Below the pieces are notes generated by a model, which saw only the letters and a program-made list of their open reading frames with translations, searched no databases and was not told where the DNA came from. A program made the translations under genes and the position numbers. A stretch of 64,000 bases of DNA from Eledone cirrhosa (Eukaryota), in contig OZ024740.1 of NCBI GenBank assembly GCA_964016885.1, positions 219,232,001 through 219,296,000 of the forward strand. Direction: 5' to 3'. Below are positions 12,746 through 25,095 of the stretch, piece by piece. The first letter of the stretch is position 1; the number at the start of each line of letters is the position of its first letter.

Positions 12746-12782
12746 TATATATATAAGCAAAATATTTATAAAACAAACTTTG

Positions 12783-12843
12783 TATTTTATCTGATGAGAG
12801 CGTACCAAAGTTTTGGTACCCTTGAAATATATATAATAGAATA
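12783..12843 (+). ncRNA. Type I hammerhead ribozyme, canonical core
   Basis: Stem I TATTTTAT(12783-90)/ATAGAATA(12836-43); CTGATGA 12791-97; stem II GAG-C-GTACCAA-AGTT-TTGGTAC-C-CTT; GAAA 12824-27; palindromic stem III ATATATAT; cleavage triplet AUA. Lies in a ~230-bp element (12757-12983) between TA tracts. Confidence 0.85.
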
Positions 12844-12979
12844 AATATGGTTTTATAAATATAGTTTCCATTTATTTAATATCATCGAATATTATACTCC
12901 AGAAAACTTGTTGAGTGCTCTGAATCAGTTATAAACATTTATATTTGTTGAATTACCAACAAATTGAATATCCCTTTTG

Positions 12980-13009
<30 letters not shown>

Positions 13010-13012
<3 letters not shown>

Positions 13013-13826
13013 CAATAATCAAAGTTCAGTTTAAGTCATTTATTTGCTTACAATTGTTTCCTCCAAACCGAGGTTTGGATTCTTCGGAGCAACTATTTAC
13101 TGATCTATAACATACTTGACCTCCTTTTCAACCCAAGAGACATATAAAACATATGCGCATATTGATCAACAGTGGGGTGACATTCATCAAATGATATAGC
13201 ATGGCGACTTAATAATTCAGCCCACATAATAAGATCGATTGCCTGCTTCAACTGCCTGACCCTGCAAATATCATTCTGACGCACTCTAATCATGTATAAA
13301 TAAGACACGCGTGCATGCTACACATGAGATTGTTTCATACACAGACTACTCTAAACTTTCCTCTTGCTTTATCTTCATAGACTGCCAACGCTTCATGTTT
13401 ATCTTTATTTTCATTTTTGTTTTTATTTTTATTTTTATCCTGTAACCTGTATATGTAAATTGCCATGCTATATCATTTGATGAATGTCAACCCACTGTTG
13501 ATCAATATGCGCATATGTTTTATATGTCTCTTGGGTTGAAAAGGAGGTCAAGTATGTTATAGATCAGTAAATAGTTGCTCCGAAGAATCCAAACCTCGGT
13601 TTGGAGGAAACAATTGTAAGCAAATAAATGACTTAAACTGAACTTTGATTATTGTAATCTCTATATAACTGCTCTGTAAAACAACTGATGTTATTACATT
13701 GAGCTATTTATCTTACTGGTAATAGGATAGTAATTAATGACTATCTTTCACTATTTAAGGTTTGTATAAATAATATATTACCATTAAAGGTTTTATTACA
13801 TACATAACCATAAATTGTATCCTTAA

Positions 13827-13830
<4 letters not shown>
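13010..13830. mobile_element. Fold-back Penelope-like terminal element, ~195-bp inverted arms
   Basis: 13010-13205 is the reverse complement of 13462-13657 with about 1 mismatch; (TA)n on both sides; each arm carries a hammerhead motif. Confidence 0.75.
13575..13623 (+). ncRNA. Type I hammerhead ribozyme, CCGAAGA (U4C) core; mirror copy on - strand at 13044-13092
   Basis: Stem I TTGCT/AGCAA; CCGAAGA 13580-86; stem II TCCAAACC/GGTTTGGA; GAAA 13607-10; palindromic ACAATTGT; GUA triplet. Confidence 0.75.
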
Positions 13831-13879
<49 letters not shown>

Positions 13880-14105
13880 AATAGAGAGAGAGGGTCATTG
13901 GGAACACCCCAACCACCAGGCACATGATCCGGTGGCTATAGCAATGGGCTCACAATCATTGTGGGCTCTATTCGTTGACCAGGAGGCATGTTGTGCTTTT
14001 AAGCAAGACATTTCATTTCACATTGCTTCAGTTTACTCAGTTGAAAATGAGAACTAGCAGCAGCTAAGGGTCAACTCTGTGAGAGAGAGCTGTGTGTTGA
14101 AACAG

Positions 14106-14702
14106 ATATTGTTATATTTGGGGGTGGTCATTTTGCTAATTTTGCCAATAAAACACACACACTATTCAATTTTCACTTCAGCTTTATTATTAGTTATTAT
14201 TTGTCAAAGCTCTTTCATCACATGTTCCGTGACCTCCTGAAAAGGCAATATGGAGTAAATGGATTAAGACCAAAAAGAAGAGGAGACACAGAAGAAGAAT
14301 ATATGTCATTGAGGAGGTCACAGAATGTGTGATGAAAGAGATTTGACAAACTAACTTATAACTTTTAGTTAAATCATTGAAACCACAGGTTGTCTAAAAG
14401 CTGATGAGTGTATCTAAATGTCTGTGATCTACTCTCGTACATTTTATTCTTTTCTTCATTCTTCCTATCACTTCTTTGAGCCAACTCATTTCTAGCTGCT
14501 GATTTCTATCTTTTGAGGTAAATTTTACCTGACACTGTCATTGACGGCATTTTGCTGTTTTAACAGCTTCCTTGCGCTGAGTTTTCCCATTTTCCTACAA
14601 ATTCTAATAACTAATAATATGGTTATAGTGAAAATCTAATAGTGCGTGTGTTTTTATTGACAAAATTAGCAAGATGACCATCCATCCCCAAATATAACAA
14701 TT
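14106..14702. mobile_element. Diverged fold-back element with degenerate hammerhead (14304-14348)
   Basis: Outer arms about 14106-14199 / 14606-14702; inner arms 14199-14238 / 14312-14350; TGTCA-TTGAGGA-GGTCAC..GTGAT-GAAAGAG(A/C)TT-TGACA. Confidence 0.55.
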
Positions 14703-15143
14703 ATAATTTCATGATTTCATACTAAATAATGACATGAATACTAATTTTGAAAATAAAAATATAATTTAAAACAGCAAATTTTTAATTTGTATATTTGCAA
14801 TGAATATATTTTATCAATAAAAATAATACGGTAATGTTCTGATAATGAATTTGGATGAATTTTACAAAAACAGAAAGAAAAAAATCTGTTGAGTTATATT
14901 TTTACTATCAAAGTTAAATACTAGTTATAATATAAATAAAAGCAGAGAAATAAAAAATAAATAACATTATAATGTATTGATACAAACATGATAAGCATTT
15001 GCTCTTCATTCATAAAATCCTCTCTATCTCTATCAATCAATGAATCAATCAATCTACCCCCTTTCTCTCTCCTTGCCTCTCTCTTTCTCTCTCTCAATAT
15101 ATATATACCTATGTGTGTGTGTGTGTATACATATATATATATA

Positions 15144-15485
15144 TCATCATCATCATCATCATTTTCCGTCCACTTTTCCCTGCTTGCAAGGGTGGGACGG
15201 GAACTGATTCTGGCTTGATTTCTACAGCTGGATGCCCTTCCTAACACCAACCTCATTTACAGTGAGTGCTGGGTGCTTTTTTGCCGTGGCACCTCCACGA
15301 CCACTTTGCAGTGGAATGGTAGGGACCCCAGTCCCTATCATCTCATTTCTACAGCTGAGTAAACTGGAGCAATGTGAAATAAAGTGTCTTGCTCAAGGAA
15401 ACAACACATCACCCGGTCTGAGAATTGAACTCACAACCTTTCGATTGCAAGGTCAATGCTCTAACCACTAAGCCATGTGCCTCCA
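15144..15485 (-). mobile_element. tRNA-derived SINE with RTE tail (same family as 5893-6248)
   Basis: Near-identical to 5893-6248; in a TA tract. Confidence 0.88.
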
Positions 15486-15929
15486 TATATATATATATAT
15501 AGATATATATATATAACTATATATATGTGTGTGTGTATAGATATGTATATATATAGACTTATTTCTGCATTACTATCAGCTTCAAGACATAAACATGTCT
15601 ATCTCATTAAATACATGGAATATCTGATGAAATAGATATCTTTATGTTTGTAAACTGGAGAGGTAATGTGGAAATAAGTTACACTGTAAATAAAAAAAAT
15701 ATGAACACTCTTAACTTCCACATTATGTGTTGATTAATCCTTTATTAATTATGTACCCTCAGGGACGGCGAGGCATGATAACAACAGTGCTTAGTGTTTG
15801 CAGAGTAAATAATTAAGGGAATTCAACCTGTCCGGCTTCCTAGCAGATTTACCCGGTGTTGCTCGAGGTTTGAAATTATGCTAAGAATATACAGCTAGGA
15901 AGTAAAAGAAGAACATTATTTGTCCCCAA

Positions 15930-16109
15930 GTGAATTGGCAGTATCGGTAGAGGGTTGGACGCCATGCTTTCTAGCATAGTTACGTCCCTTTACAGTCTGA
16001 GTTCAAATCCCGCCGAGGTTAACTTTGCCTTTCATCCTTACGGGGTCGATAAAATAAAGTACCAGTAATGTACTGGGTAATTGCTGGCCTTGTGCCTAAA
16101 GTAGAAACA
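15930..16109 (+). mobile_element. Nin-domain SINE with 15-bp TSD inserted in the Helitron
   Basis: GAGTTCAAATCCCGCCGAGGTTAACTTTGCCTTTCATCCTTACGGGGTCGATAAAATAAAGTACCAG; TSD ATTATTTGTCCCCAA at 15915-15929 and 16110-16124. Confidence 0.88.
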
Positions 16110-16515
16110 ATTATTTGTCCCCAACCTGTCAAAATAAGCAGAAGTCTTCAATAATTAATGCAAATGAATATTTAGTGCAATCTTTGTGCACATAAAACTA
16201 TGTTGATAATGAAGGAAAACACTGAAGAGGATGTAGTTATACAAATGATTAAAGACAATACACGTTGCAAATCTGTAAAAAAACAGGCAGTTTTGCTAAA
16301 GTACAAAAAGTTGTAATGAAAGCAGAGTTGTATACAAACAGAAAAACAATGAGAGTAGAATAAGATAAAATCTATTCTTTGAGAGCATCCGTTGCTGTGT
16401 ATGGTTAAATTTTTAACTTATAATCCAAAATATCCTGCATGACATATTCATTGGTATATTTTGTAATGAGTAAGGTGAAGTCAAGGCAGAGCTGTAATAA
16501 GTTTTTTTGTTAACA

Positions 16516-17085
16516 CTAAAGCACTTCAGGATAGACGATATTCTTTGTTTTTCTTTTCGGAACAAACGCAAAGAGATTATCTCTACTGCCAACTCGTGAG
16601 CAGGCAATGTAGAATTGTCCGTGCGAAAAGCAAGGTTCATCCAAGTGAATTCCAGCGACGGACAGAGTTTGACCTTGCGAGTTGTTTATGGACATCGCAA
16701 AGGCAACTCGAAGGGGAAATTGGGTTCGGCGAAAGGAGAAGGGAGTATCCACGCCTGATGTAGTCAGGCTAATTTTTGTTATTATCACATCCTCGCCTTT
16801 TCCACATCCGGATAGAATGGTAGCGTTAATACTAAGTGGAGACAGTTTTTTAACCACAAGGCGTGTACCATTGCATAATTTTGGAGGAGTGATATTTCTC
16901 AGCAAAATAACTGGCATTCCCTCTTTCAGAAACAATGTATTAGGAGGTAAACCAGGAGGATTTAAAGAATTTAGAAATTCAACTGGATAATTGACCACAT
17001 CCTGTGGATCACATACAGTATCAATAGATTTATATATCCGTGGACATCCAGGAAGAAGCTGAAGAAGCTGATCGTTAATACAGCT
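16516..17085 (-). pseudogene. Helitron RepHel Pif1-family helicase C-terminal fragment
   Basis: YPVEFLNSLNPPGLPP, ILLRNI...LCNGTRL, QFPLRVAFAMSINNSQGQTL, FSHGQFYIACSRV, TKNIVYPEVL stop. Confidence 0.92.
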
Positions 17086-17650
17086 AACCGTGATGCGAAA
17101 ATTAACACTTAATATAGTGAAACAAGTTAAAACAACAAGTGTTTTTTTAACTTTGAAAGTGCAACAAGAATAAACAAGAAACAAACGATAATATTAGTGA
17201 TTTATCTTCAAATAAATGTGATGCTTATATCTCTGAAAAATTGGTTATCTCCCTTTTTTATAAGGATTGTCAATAAAGTTTGTTATCTCCCTTACATCAA
17301 TTTTTCTACTGATAATTTTGATATCGATTTTTTATTGCTCAACGTGGGTTGATTTGAAAAAATGTTTGTGATGTGACAATCTTAGCGACCTGTGTAACGT
17401 GCACAGACAATTTGGTCAAATTCAGTTGGTAATTGTGAAAGCCTTAAGCATGCACACAGACACACACACATCCTCGCTTTTATATATATAAAGATTTAAC
17501 TCTGTTCCCGCACCACCAGCATGATTCAACATCAAATATGGATGAGTTGCATAACGTTGAGTGCTTTTCTCATATTATGTCATGGTTAACATTGCAGAAT
17601 GACCAATTCTACCCAGCGGTGAATGGCCAAATTTAAATATATATATATAT

Positions 17651-18845
17651 ATTAAATTCAAAGGGGTATATATATATAATTAGACATAGTCACAGATACA
17701 TATATGAGTTTGGCAACCTTTCACGGCGTGGCTCAATGAAGAATTAATTAAGCAAATAATTATTAATCAGAGCTATATATAAAAATGCAAGTCCGAAGAA
17801 CCATTAGATAAAATATATACAGTATTTCCTCTCCCAATCAGTATAAATCAACCACATAAAAAATCATTTAAACGAGGCTATAAGTTTAAAATGTACTTAT
17901 GAAGAAATAATAGACAAATGATACAGATTATTTTCCGCAATGTTCAGCCATATGACACTTATCTAATTATTTCTTTTAGCCTGTAGAAATTGACTAGACA
18001 AATAGTTAACTACACTGAATTAGGTACAAAATAGAAGATTGAAGAAAAATGATTTTTTATGTGGTTGATTTATACTGATTAGGAGAGGAAATACTGTATA
18101 TATTTTATCTAATGGTTCTTTTGACTTGCATTTTTATATATAGCTCTGATTAATGATTATTTGCTTAATTAATTCTTCATTGAGCCACACCGTGAAAGGT
18201 TGCCAAACTCACATATGTATCTGTGACTATGTCTAATTATATATATATATATACCCCTTTGAATTTAATATATACTCCCGTAAGGTTGAGTAAAACTTTA
18301 GGCAGCATTCAGCTATGCTTTCTAGCAACCAGCCTACTTGCCGAAGGCACCAATCTCAAACTTTCTGCCTTGACTGCTAGCCACATGATAGTTCTTAGCC
18401 ATTTTGAATTCATTTCTGGCGGAGATCATGGTAGAAGAAACTTAGTCCAGTCTGAGGTATCTCCTGAGGAGTTCCAGACCTCATGGATGTATCCAAGATC
18501 GGATATATCCAAAAAGTGGAACGAAACCACCGGTGGGCGAGACTAGGAGAATTTTGGTAAAATTTATGTGCATTTTTTCTTCAATCTTCTATTTTGTACC
18601 TAATTCCGTGTAGTTAACTATTTGTCTAGTCAATTTCTACAGGCTAAAAGAAATAATTAGATAAGTGTCATATGGCTGTACATCGCGGAAAATAATCTGT
18701 GTCATTTATCTATTATTTTTTCATAAGTACATTTTAATAGCCTCGTTTAAATGATTTTTTATGTGGTTGATTTATACTGTTTAGGAGAGGAAATACTCTA
18801 TATATTTTATCTAATGGTTCTTCGGACTTGCATTTTTATATATAG
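17651..18845. mobile_element. Inverted-plus-tandem Penelope-like terminal array
   Basis: 17651-17869 inverted against 18047-18269; 17774-18049 inverted against 18573-18845; hammerhead-like motif 18460-18542; TA flanks; partial related copy at 31341-31530. Confidence 0.7.
18460..18542 (+). ncRNA. Hammerhead motif with extended stem II and mutated cleavage triplet
   Basis: TCTC-CTGAGGA-GTTCCA...GGATGTATCC..GGATATATCC...TGGAAC-GAAA-CCACCGGTGG-GC-GAGA (GUC replaced by GGC). Confidence 0.6.
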
Positions 18846-18896
18846 ATATATATATCCAGGGAGATATATATATTTGGATCGATACAGAGCGAACCT

Positions 18897-18935
18897 TGAG
18901 CTGATCAGTAGCGAAACGCACGTCACCAACCAATA
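18897..18935 (+). ncRNA. 3' portion of a hammerhead (5' stem I and CUGA lost)
   Basis: TGA-GCT-GATCAGT-AGC-GAAAC-GCAC-GTC followed by AATAAA, between TA tracts. Confidence 0.45.
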
Positions 18936-19459
18936 AACGTAATGAAGGTGTAATCATTCGTCCTTGTATTATTATATATATATATATATATATTCATTAT
19001 TTAATTCCCTGAGAATATTGTTGGTAAGAAAGGAAAAAAAATTAAAAAGAAGGGGAAACTCTACATTCTTGGCTGGGTGGTATATCTCATTTGTGACTCC
19101 ATCTTGGTGGCCTAGTCGAGACAGTAGATATCCTGGTCTGGGGTTCAATCTTAGTTAGGACTCCATGGACAAGACGGAGAAAGGATTATTGCAGAAAAAA
19201 TGAAATGATACCCAATGTATAAGCCATCCACTTTATGGCTTCTTCTTCAGATATGATGCGCTCCTCCCAATTTAGCAGTGGACAACAGCAGGCCAGGAAC
19301 CAAGGAAACCTGCCATCTTGATGGCAACCAGCACGAACAGAAAACAATTAGTCAATGCCTGGTAATGGCTTAACAAACAATGATCACCCACAGTAAATTA
19401 TATTACTATATAGTTGTGCTGTGGGAATTAGAGTACATACATAGGCACACACACACACA

Positions 19460-19700
19460 CGACCATCAACCTCACCACCATCACCATCTTCATGATCACC
19501 ATCATCACCCCTTCCCCACCACCATCATCATCATCACCATCATTGTTATCATTGTCATCATCATCATCATCACCACCACCACCACCACCATCATCAGCAT
19601 TACCATCATTATCACCATCATAGTCATCACAGTCATCATCACCACCACCACCACCACCACCACCACCACCACCACCACCACCACCTTCATCATCATCATT
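19460..19700. repeat. (CAT/CAC)n microsatellite
   Basis: Low complexity. Confidence 0.9.
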
Positions 19701-20260
19701 GTTTAACGTCGATTTTACCACACTTGCATGTATCACATACTGACATATTGATACAGAATAATGCAAACATTTTACTTTTGCTTTTTCCAAAGAACAAAAA
19801 GACATTCATTCATTCAGTGAAAACTTCTACTCTTTACTGTAGAATCACATCTTTGCTGAAACCATTCATTTTTAATACTTAATAGCCTGCCAATTACTAT
19901 TGATTTCTTTTGATTAGGAACAGTGCCAGCTTTTACAGAGGTTGGTATAATTGATTGAATTGACTCACTGAGTTACTGGTACAATCCTTGAAGAATGGAA
20001 GCCAGTGTTAACCTATAAAGGGATTTATACTCAGAATATAGAGCAATGGAACTAAATATAGAGAGAAATTTTGTTTGAGGTTTTACATTTGTTTCAATTT
20101 TGTGAGTTTTAGCTGTTGTTAAGAGATTGTGTATTACATTGTGTTGTCTGTAGTTAGCAAACGGACATTATAACAGGTTTGATGATTCTAAATTTAATGT
20201 ATAACATTTCATCCTGTTAGATTGTTTTGTTTGATATTCTATAATCTCTAACAACCATAT

Positions 20261-20725
20261 CAGGGGTCAGTCAACAAGCTACAGCTTCGTTTTATCTGGG
20301 CTCTAGACTTCATTGAATCTGTGACATTGCATACAAACATTTTGTTTTCCTTATCAACTTTTGGTTAACACAATCTTTGTACTATTTTCACTGTTCTAAT
20401 TAATTCGTATATATTATCTTGTGTTAAATTTCTGAGCCTGCTGTGTGTGACTTATCAAAAAAGTATTGTTGTTAATGGAATTAAACAATGTTATGGAATT
20501 AAGAAAAGGCTGCACTTTAGGTTATTCTTTATATCACAGGTGAAAAAGATTTATTCTATTCTGCATTTAACATTTATAATGAAAAATATTAAAATAATTA
20601 ATAAACAAAATGTTTTTATATAACTTGCTTGTATGATTATGGCTTCATTTTATTTAGTTCACCTTGGCCTACAAGATATAAAGACATTTTCAGTCTAGCT
20701 TACCACCAAACGTTTGTAGTTCTCT
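20261..20725. mobile_element. hAT (Charlie-like) MITE, degraded; related copies 52444-53152 and 60733-61228
   Basis: CAGGGGTCAG...CTACAG start; shared internal TGTGACATTGCATACAAA and TTCACTGTTCTAATT...AAATTTCTGAGCCTGCTGTGTG blocks. Confidence 0.6.
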
Positions 20726-21881
20726 GATCAATACCACCATATACGTAACTAATAATATTGATTTCTGTCATCAACTTAAGGCCACAAATTTGGGTGGTTA
20801 AATATATATTTGATTGTTACTTTATTTTATCAATCCTGGAAGGATGAAAAACAAAGTAAACATTGGTAGGATCTGAACTCAGAACATAAAGGGTAATAAG
20901 TAAATACTAGAAGACATTTTGTCCTACTCTTAATACTGCCAATCTATGGATTTTTGACATTGGCACATGACACTTCTGATTTATGCTGCCACTGGGTGGT
21001 ATTAGTGGTGTTGGTGGTGGCAGTGTTGGTGGTGGCAGTGTTGGTGGTGGCAGTGTTGGTGGTGGCAGTGTTGGTGATGATGATACAATGCCACACATTT
21101 GAAGGGGAGAAGAGGTATAACCAATTTAATTAACCCCAGTATATATCTAGCCAGGCTTCTGCCTGCTACTGGTACCATGTAACCCAGTACAACCTGCTTC
21201 ATGATCAAGTGGTCAGTGACAAAACTGGCTCCCCCACAAGACCCTGTTCTGGTGAGGAGGGTAAGTGAAATTCCAGCAACAAAAATACAGGAACCTTTAA
21301 AAGGGAAGATAAACTCCTCTGAGTCAATGGCCATCCACTCCAACTATGGGTTAAACAGCCTCAACAACCCGCAGTTGGCCAAGCATGGTGAGTATGGCTA
21401 TACCGCTGACATGACCAAAAACCAAATAGAAAGCATGGCGGTCAAGCAGAGAGGGGTTCCTCGAATATGACAGAGAAGGCCCTGGATTGGTTTGGATATG
21501 TCTGGTATTTATTTTATTGGCTCAGATAGACAAATCGCTCAGTTGACCCTGGCACAATTTCAACTCAGAATGTAAAAGATGGGTAAAGGACAGGAGCCAT
21601 TTGTCAGATCAGACGAAGGAAACTATGTTTGCATTGGACTTTCCATTGTTCAACTTCTGGCAGAAGGAGGCAGGATTTGAACTCTGTAAATTATTCTACC
21701 TGGCTCTTTAACAAATCTAACAATCTATCACTTCTTTATTGGAATTTTATTTATTAACACTGGGAGAATGAAAAGCAAAGTTGACCTCAACAAGATTTGA
21801 ACTCAGAGCAGAGAGGATAGGAACAAATGTGATGCTCTAACAACTTTGCTAATTATTTGCCTAAAAACTAATTAAGTAACT

Positions 21882-22410
21882 TACCATTTATACTCATTTC
21901 TAAGCCATGTAAATATGTGACAAAAAAAAATTGATGGTAAAATAGGAGCAGGGAGAGGGGTCAACTTATATTCAAGGTCAATATTTTGCTGATTTTCAAC
22001 AACTTCAAAATTCTACATAAATGAGATGCTAAAATATTTTCGATTTGGAGGTGAATATTACAACAGTTTCACTTTGGGAGTGAATGTTACACAGTTTTCA
22101 ATTTCAATGAGAAATCTATATTTCCTATTTTTGTTTTGAATGAATATGTTCTTCAAAATGGTTGGAAATTGGTAAAATATCATTACATTATGGAGTTGTG
22201 AAACAAAATCTATAATCTAAACAACACTTAGAATATTTTAAATATCAAAACATTGTAACTGCATAAATATATTCTCCACTTGTGAGAATTTCAAAACCAC
22301 ACCATCTAAACATAATGTGTTGATTAGCTGCTTCAGCTTATAAACAGGGTTGGGATTTTTTCCCATTTATCACACATAAAATAGGGGTTGGCTTATATTT
22401 GTGTATATTC
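21882..22410. mobile_element. pogo/Tigger-like MITE; related copies 29552-29760 and 55955-56163
   Basis: TACCATATATACTC..ATATAAGCC-type left end and GGCTTATA(C/T)TT right end shared by three copies. Confidence 0.6.
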
Positions 22411-22737
22411 TATATATTAATAGATACTGTGTAGTCTAATACTCTATCAGCAGTACCAACATTACTGGCCAATACTTAACTAGTAAAATTACTATTTATT
22501 ATTTTTTTATGGTTTAGTCAGAGGAGAATGGAGCTCTGAGAATAATCAGGAAAAAGTATGGAAGAGACTACCATCCTTGTGTTGCTATAGTAGGAAGCAG
22601 TACATGAAGATATTAAGTTGCTCTATCCTAAGACTGAAGACTTAGTATGAAGTCTTGCAACAGAGTGGACTCTGCTAAAGGTATCCAAGGTTCAGGAAAG
22701 AGAGTTAACCATTTTGAGTCTAAAATGGAATTACCGA

Positions 22738-23747
22738 TGTAGCAGATATTGCTGGCTGTTCTCTGTAGCATCTTATCTTCCATCTTGTCCAAGGGATCAT
22801 AGCTGAGATTGTTGTAGCAGATATTGCTGGCTGTTCTCTCTGGCATCTTATCTTCTATCTTGTCCAAGGGATCATAGCTGAGATTGTTGTAGCAGATATT
22901 GCTGGCTGTTCTCTCTGGCATCTTATCTTCTATCTTGTCCAAGGGATCATAGCTGAGATTGTTGTAGCAGATATTGCTGGCTGTTCTCTCTGGCATCTTA
23001 TCTTCTATCTTGTCCAAGGGATCATAGCTGAGATTGTTGTAGCAGATATTGCTGGCTGTTCTCTGTAGCATCTTATCTTCCATCTTGTCCAAGGGATCAT
23101 AGCCGAAATTGTTGTAGCAGATATTGCTGGCTGTTCTCTGTAGCATCTTATCTTCCATCTTGTCCAAGGGATCATAGCTGAGATTGTTGTAGCAGATATT
23201 GCTGGCTGTTCTCTCTGGCATCTTATCTTCTATCTTGTCCAAGGGATCATAGCTGAGATTGTTGTAGCAGATATTGCTGGCTGTTCTCTCTGGCATCTTA
23301 TCTTCCATCTTGTCCAAGGGATCATAGCTGAGATTGTTGTAGCAGATATTGCTGGCTGTTCTCTGTAGCATCTTATCTTCCATCTTGTCCAAGGGATCAT
23401 AGCCGAAATTGTTGTAGCAGATATTGCTGGCTGTTCTCTGTGCCATCTTATCTTCCATATTGTCCAAGGGATCATAGCTGAGATTGTTGTAGCAGATATT
23501 GCTGGCTGTTCTCTGTAGCATCTTATCTTCCATCTTGTCCAAGGGATTATAGCTGAAATTGTTGTAGCAGATATTGCTGGCTGTTCTCTCTGGCATCTTA
23601 TCTTCTATCTTGTCCAAGGGATCATAGCTGAGATTGTTGTAGCAGATATTGCTGGCTGTTCTCTGTAGCATCTTATCTTCCATCTTGTCCAAGGGATTAT
23701 AGCTTATATTGTTGTAGCAGATATTGCTGGCTGTTCTCTGTAGCATC
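22738..23747. repeat. 75-bp minisatellite, about 13.5 copies
   Basis: AGCAGATATTGCTGGCTGTTCTC recurs every 75 bp from 22741 to 23716; one minus-strand frame is open (25-aa unit). Confidence 0.97.
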
Positions 23748-24317
23748 ACTTTTACCATTTTGTCTGTGAGTAACAACTGAGATATACTGTTGAGCTAATG
23801 GTGTAGAGTTTGTTCACTCACCCCCTCTTCTTTTGTTGTTATGATATTATAAACCTATTTTAAATAATACTCTGGTTTTCAAAGGAGGATATACTGCAAA
23901 GGTTTTCCATAACCTTATCCAGACCCATAGTACGGCATGAGACCAACATTTCAAGCTAAAAGCATAAAACATTTATCCATTCTACAATGTTCTCATTGCG
24001 TAGTGATAAACTGTACCATTTGATAGTATTTAATTATTCATAGATGAGTAAACTGGTCTTTTAAGTTAAGTGTTTTGGATACAATACAGCATTAGTGATA
24101 GCATATTAACTATGAAGCATCTATTAATATAAGTTACAACATATAATCTGTTTTTCTGTCTCCCTTGGAGCACCAAAAATATTCTTACTGTAATATATAA
24201 CAAATTGATATATATATATATATATATATATATATCATCATCATCATCATCATTGTCATCATATATATATTTCACACTCAGACACAAATATATATATACA
24301 CACACACACACACACAG

Positions 24318-24349
<32 letters not shown>

Positions 24350-24885
24350 CCTCTTTCTCTGTATCTTTACCCTCTCTAACAGTCACTCTCTCTGTTAGCC
24401 TCTTCCTCACCCTTTACTCACTCACTCTCTGTTACCACCTCTCCTCCTCCTTCTTTCCGTTTGACCTGTGCGTAATTCTTTTCTTTCGCACGCTTGGCCA
24501 GGCCGGTCGGCATTTTTTCTCTCACTCGTCTACGATTTCACAGAACTTATGTTTACCGAATTCACAGACTAGATTCCTTCTTCCTCCCGTTAGATCTGTG
24601 CGAAATTCCTTCCTTGCTCACATTTCAACCAGGTTTGATGGTCTTTATTCTCTCTCGTTCACGATTTCACCGAACTTATATTCATGGAAATTTTTGGACT
24701 TGACTCGCTCTTCCTCACTTTTCGTTGCTTCACCATCTTTGTTTGTTTACATTCTCGCTGTTCCCTTTATTTACATGTCCCAACGACTTTCTATAGCCAT
24801 TGCTCGCACCAACCGGAGGTATATGGTCTTTAAAGCGAAGTAATACCGATGATGGTTGGAAGATCACTGATGAAGGACCACTTTA

Positions 24886-24926
<41 letters not shown>

Positions 24927-25095
24927 GAAAGGTATAGAAAGTATTGTAGCCAGAAGCCAACAGTATTCCATATATATATATATAAATATATATATACGTA
25001 TATATAAATATATATATATATATATAAATATATATATATAAATATATATATATAAATATATATATATAAATATATATATATATACGTATATATGA

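Larger units (their letters stand above)
15840..17494 (-). mobile_element. Non-autonomous Helitron retaining the Pif1 helicase C-terminus
   Basis: 5' end A|TCTTTATATATATAAAAGCG at 17494; 3' imperfect hairpin CTCGAGCAACACCGGG, about 10 nt, then CTAG at 15843-15840; internal helicase fragment. Confidence 0.8.

Noticed and set aside
19215-19255. Minus-strand CTGAAGA plus AAGCCAT/ATGGCTT hairpin
   Set aside because: GAAA and stem III are absent; at most a decayed remnant.
22738-23747. CRISPR-like array
   Set aside because: Contiguous tandem units with no unique spacers, eukaryotic context, no cas genes.
24205-24843. 212-aa ORF
   Set aside because: Begins in microsatellite, pyrimidine-rich low complexity, no recognisable domain.
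24846-24960. CCGATGA/CTGATGA hammerhead cores
   Set aside because: No properly placed GAAA-stem III-NUH-stem I; interrupted by (TA)n.
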